A DNA stretch of 63,598 bases, counting the filler, from Nemertoderma westbladi (lineage: Eukaryota > Animalia > Xenacoelomorpha), in NCBI GenBank assembly GCA_032718475.1. It is 3 parts of 3 records of this genome, joined end to end, with 100 filler letters (N's around TTAATTAATTAA, not from the genome) between each part and the next. Parts side by side here need not be neighbours in the genome. Positions count along the whole stretch, not along the records: positions 58,224 to 63,598 come from JAUCBJ010001341.1; 2 more parts are not named here. One strand, written 5' to 3'. The position numbers and the translations under genes are program-made. The notes under the pieces are model-generated. The model was not told where the DNA came from. It saw nothing but the letters and a program-made list of their open reading frames with translations, and did not search any database. Positions 63,431 through 63,598 of the stretch are shown here, one piece after another. The first letter of the stretch is position 1. Every line of letters starts with the position of its first letter.

Positions 63431-63598
63431 TGAGTATATCGCTGATAGGGCTTTTACACATAATTTTTGTTATATGTTTTTGTAAAGGTTAATGAACTTT
63501 GAAAGGTCTTTTTTTTATATGGAAAATTTTTTATATGATAGATCAAAGATGGGGCAACATAACTATCAGGCGAAATTTTGTTAAAATAATTCTGCACC

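Overview
Eukaryotic (metazoan-like) repeat-rich DNA made of three contigs joined by artificial 100-nt N spacers carrying TTAATTAATTAA (30684-30783, 58124-58223). Contig 1 is a nest of BEL/Pao LTR retrotransposons. An internally deleted gag-protease element (from ~1243) is interrupted by a complete 16.7-kb BEL/Pao element (5572-22238; 557-bp TG..CA LTRs, CCTAA target duplication). That element holds an antisense CRE-type RT-RLE non-LTR retrotransposon inside gag. In the env position after integrase it carries ~4 kb of extra DNA: a stem-loop/A-tract, a 36-bp tandem array, and a disrupted ORF encoding a WRN/EXD/RNase D-type DEDD 3'-5' exonuclease domain plus three CCHC knuckles. This cargo is the most notable candidate system in the window. 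Further BEL remnants, a probable Helitron and a 2-kb TG..CA fold-back repeat follow. Contig 2 is a ~25-kb 103-bp satellite arranged as a mirror-image palindrome, probably a fold-back read artefact. The satellite sits directly downstream of the integrase of a sister BEL element, in the same position as the 36-bp array, inside an intron of a copper-transporting ATPase (ATP7) gene. Contig 3 holds non-LTR fragments and a small hairpin repeat. All calls were made by eye from motifs; no database searches were run.
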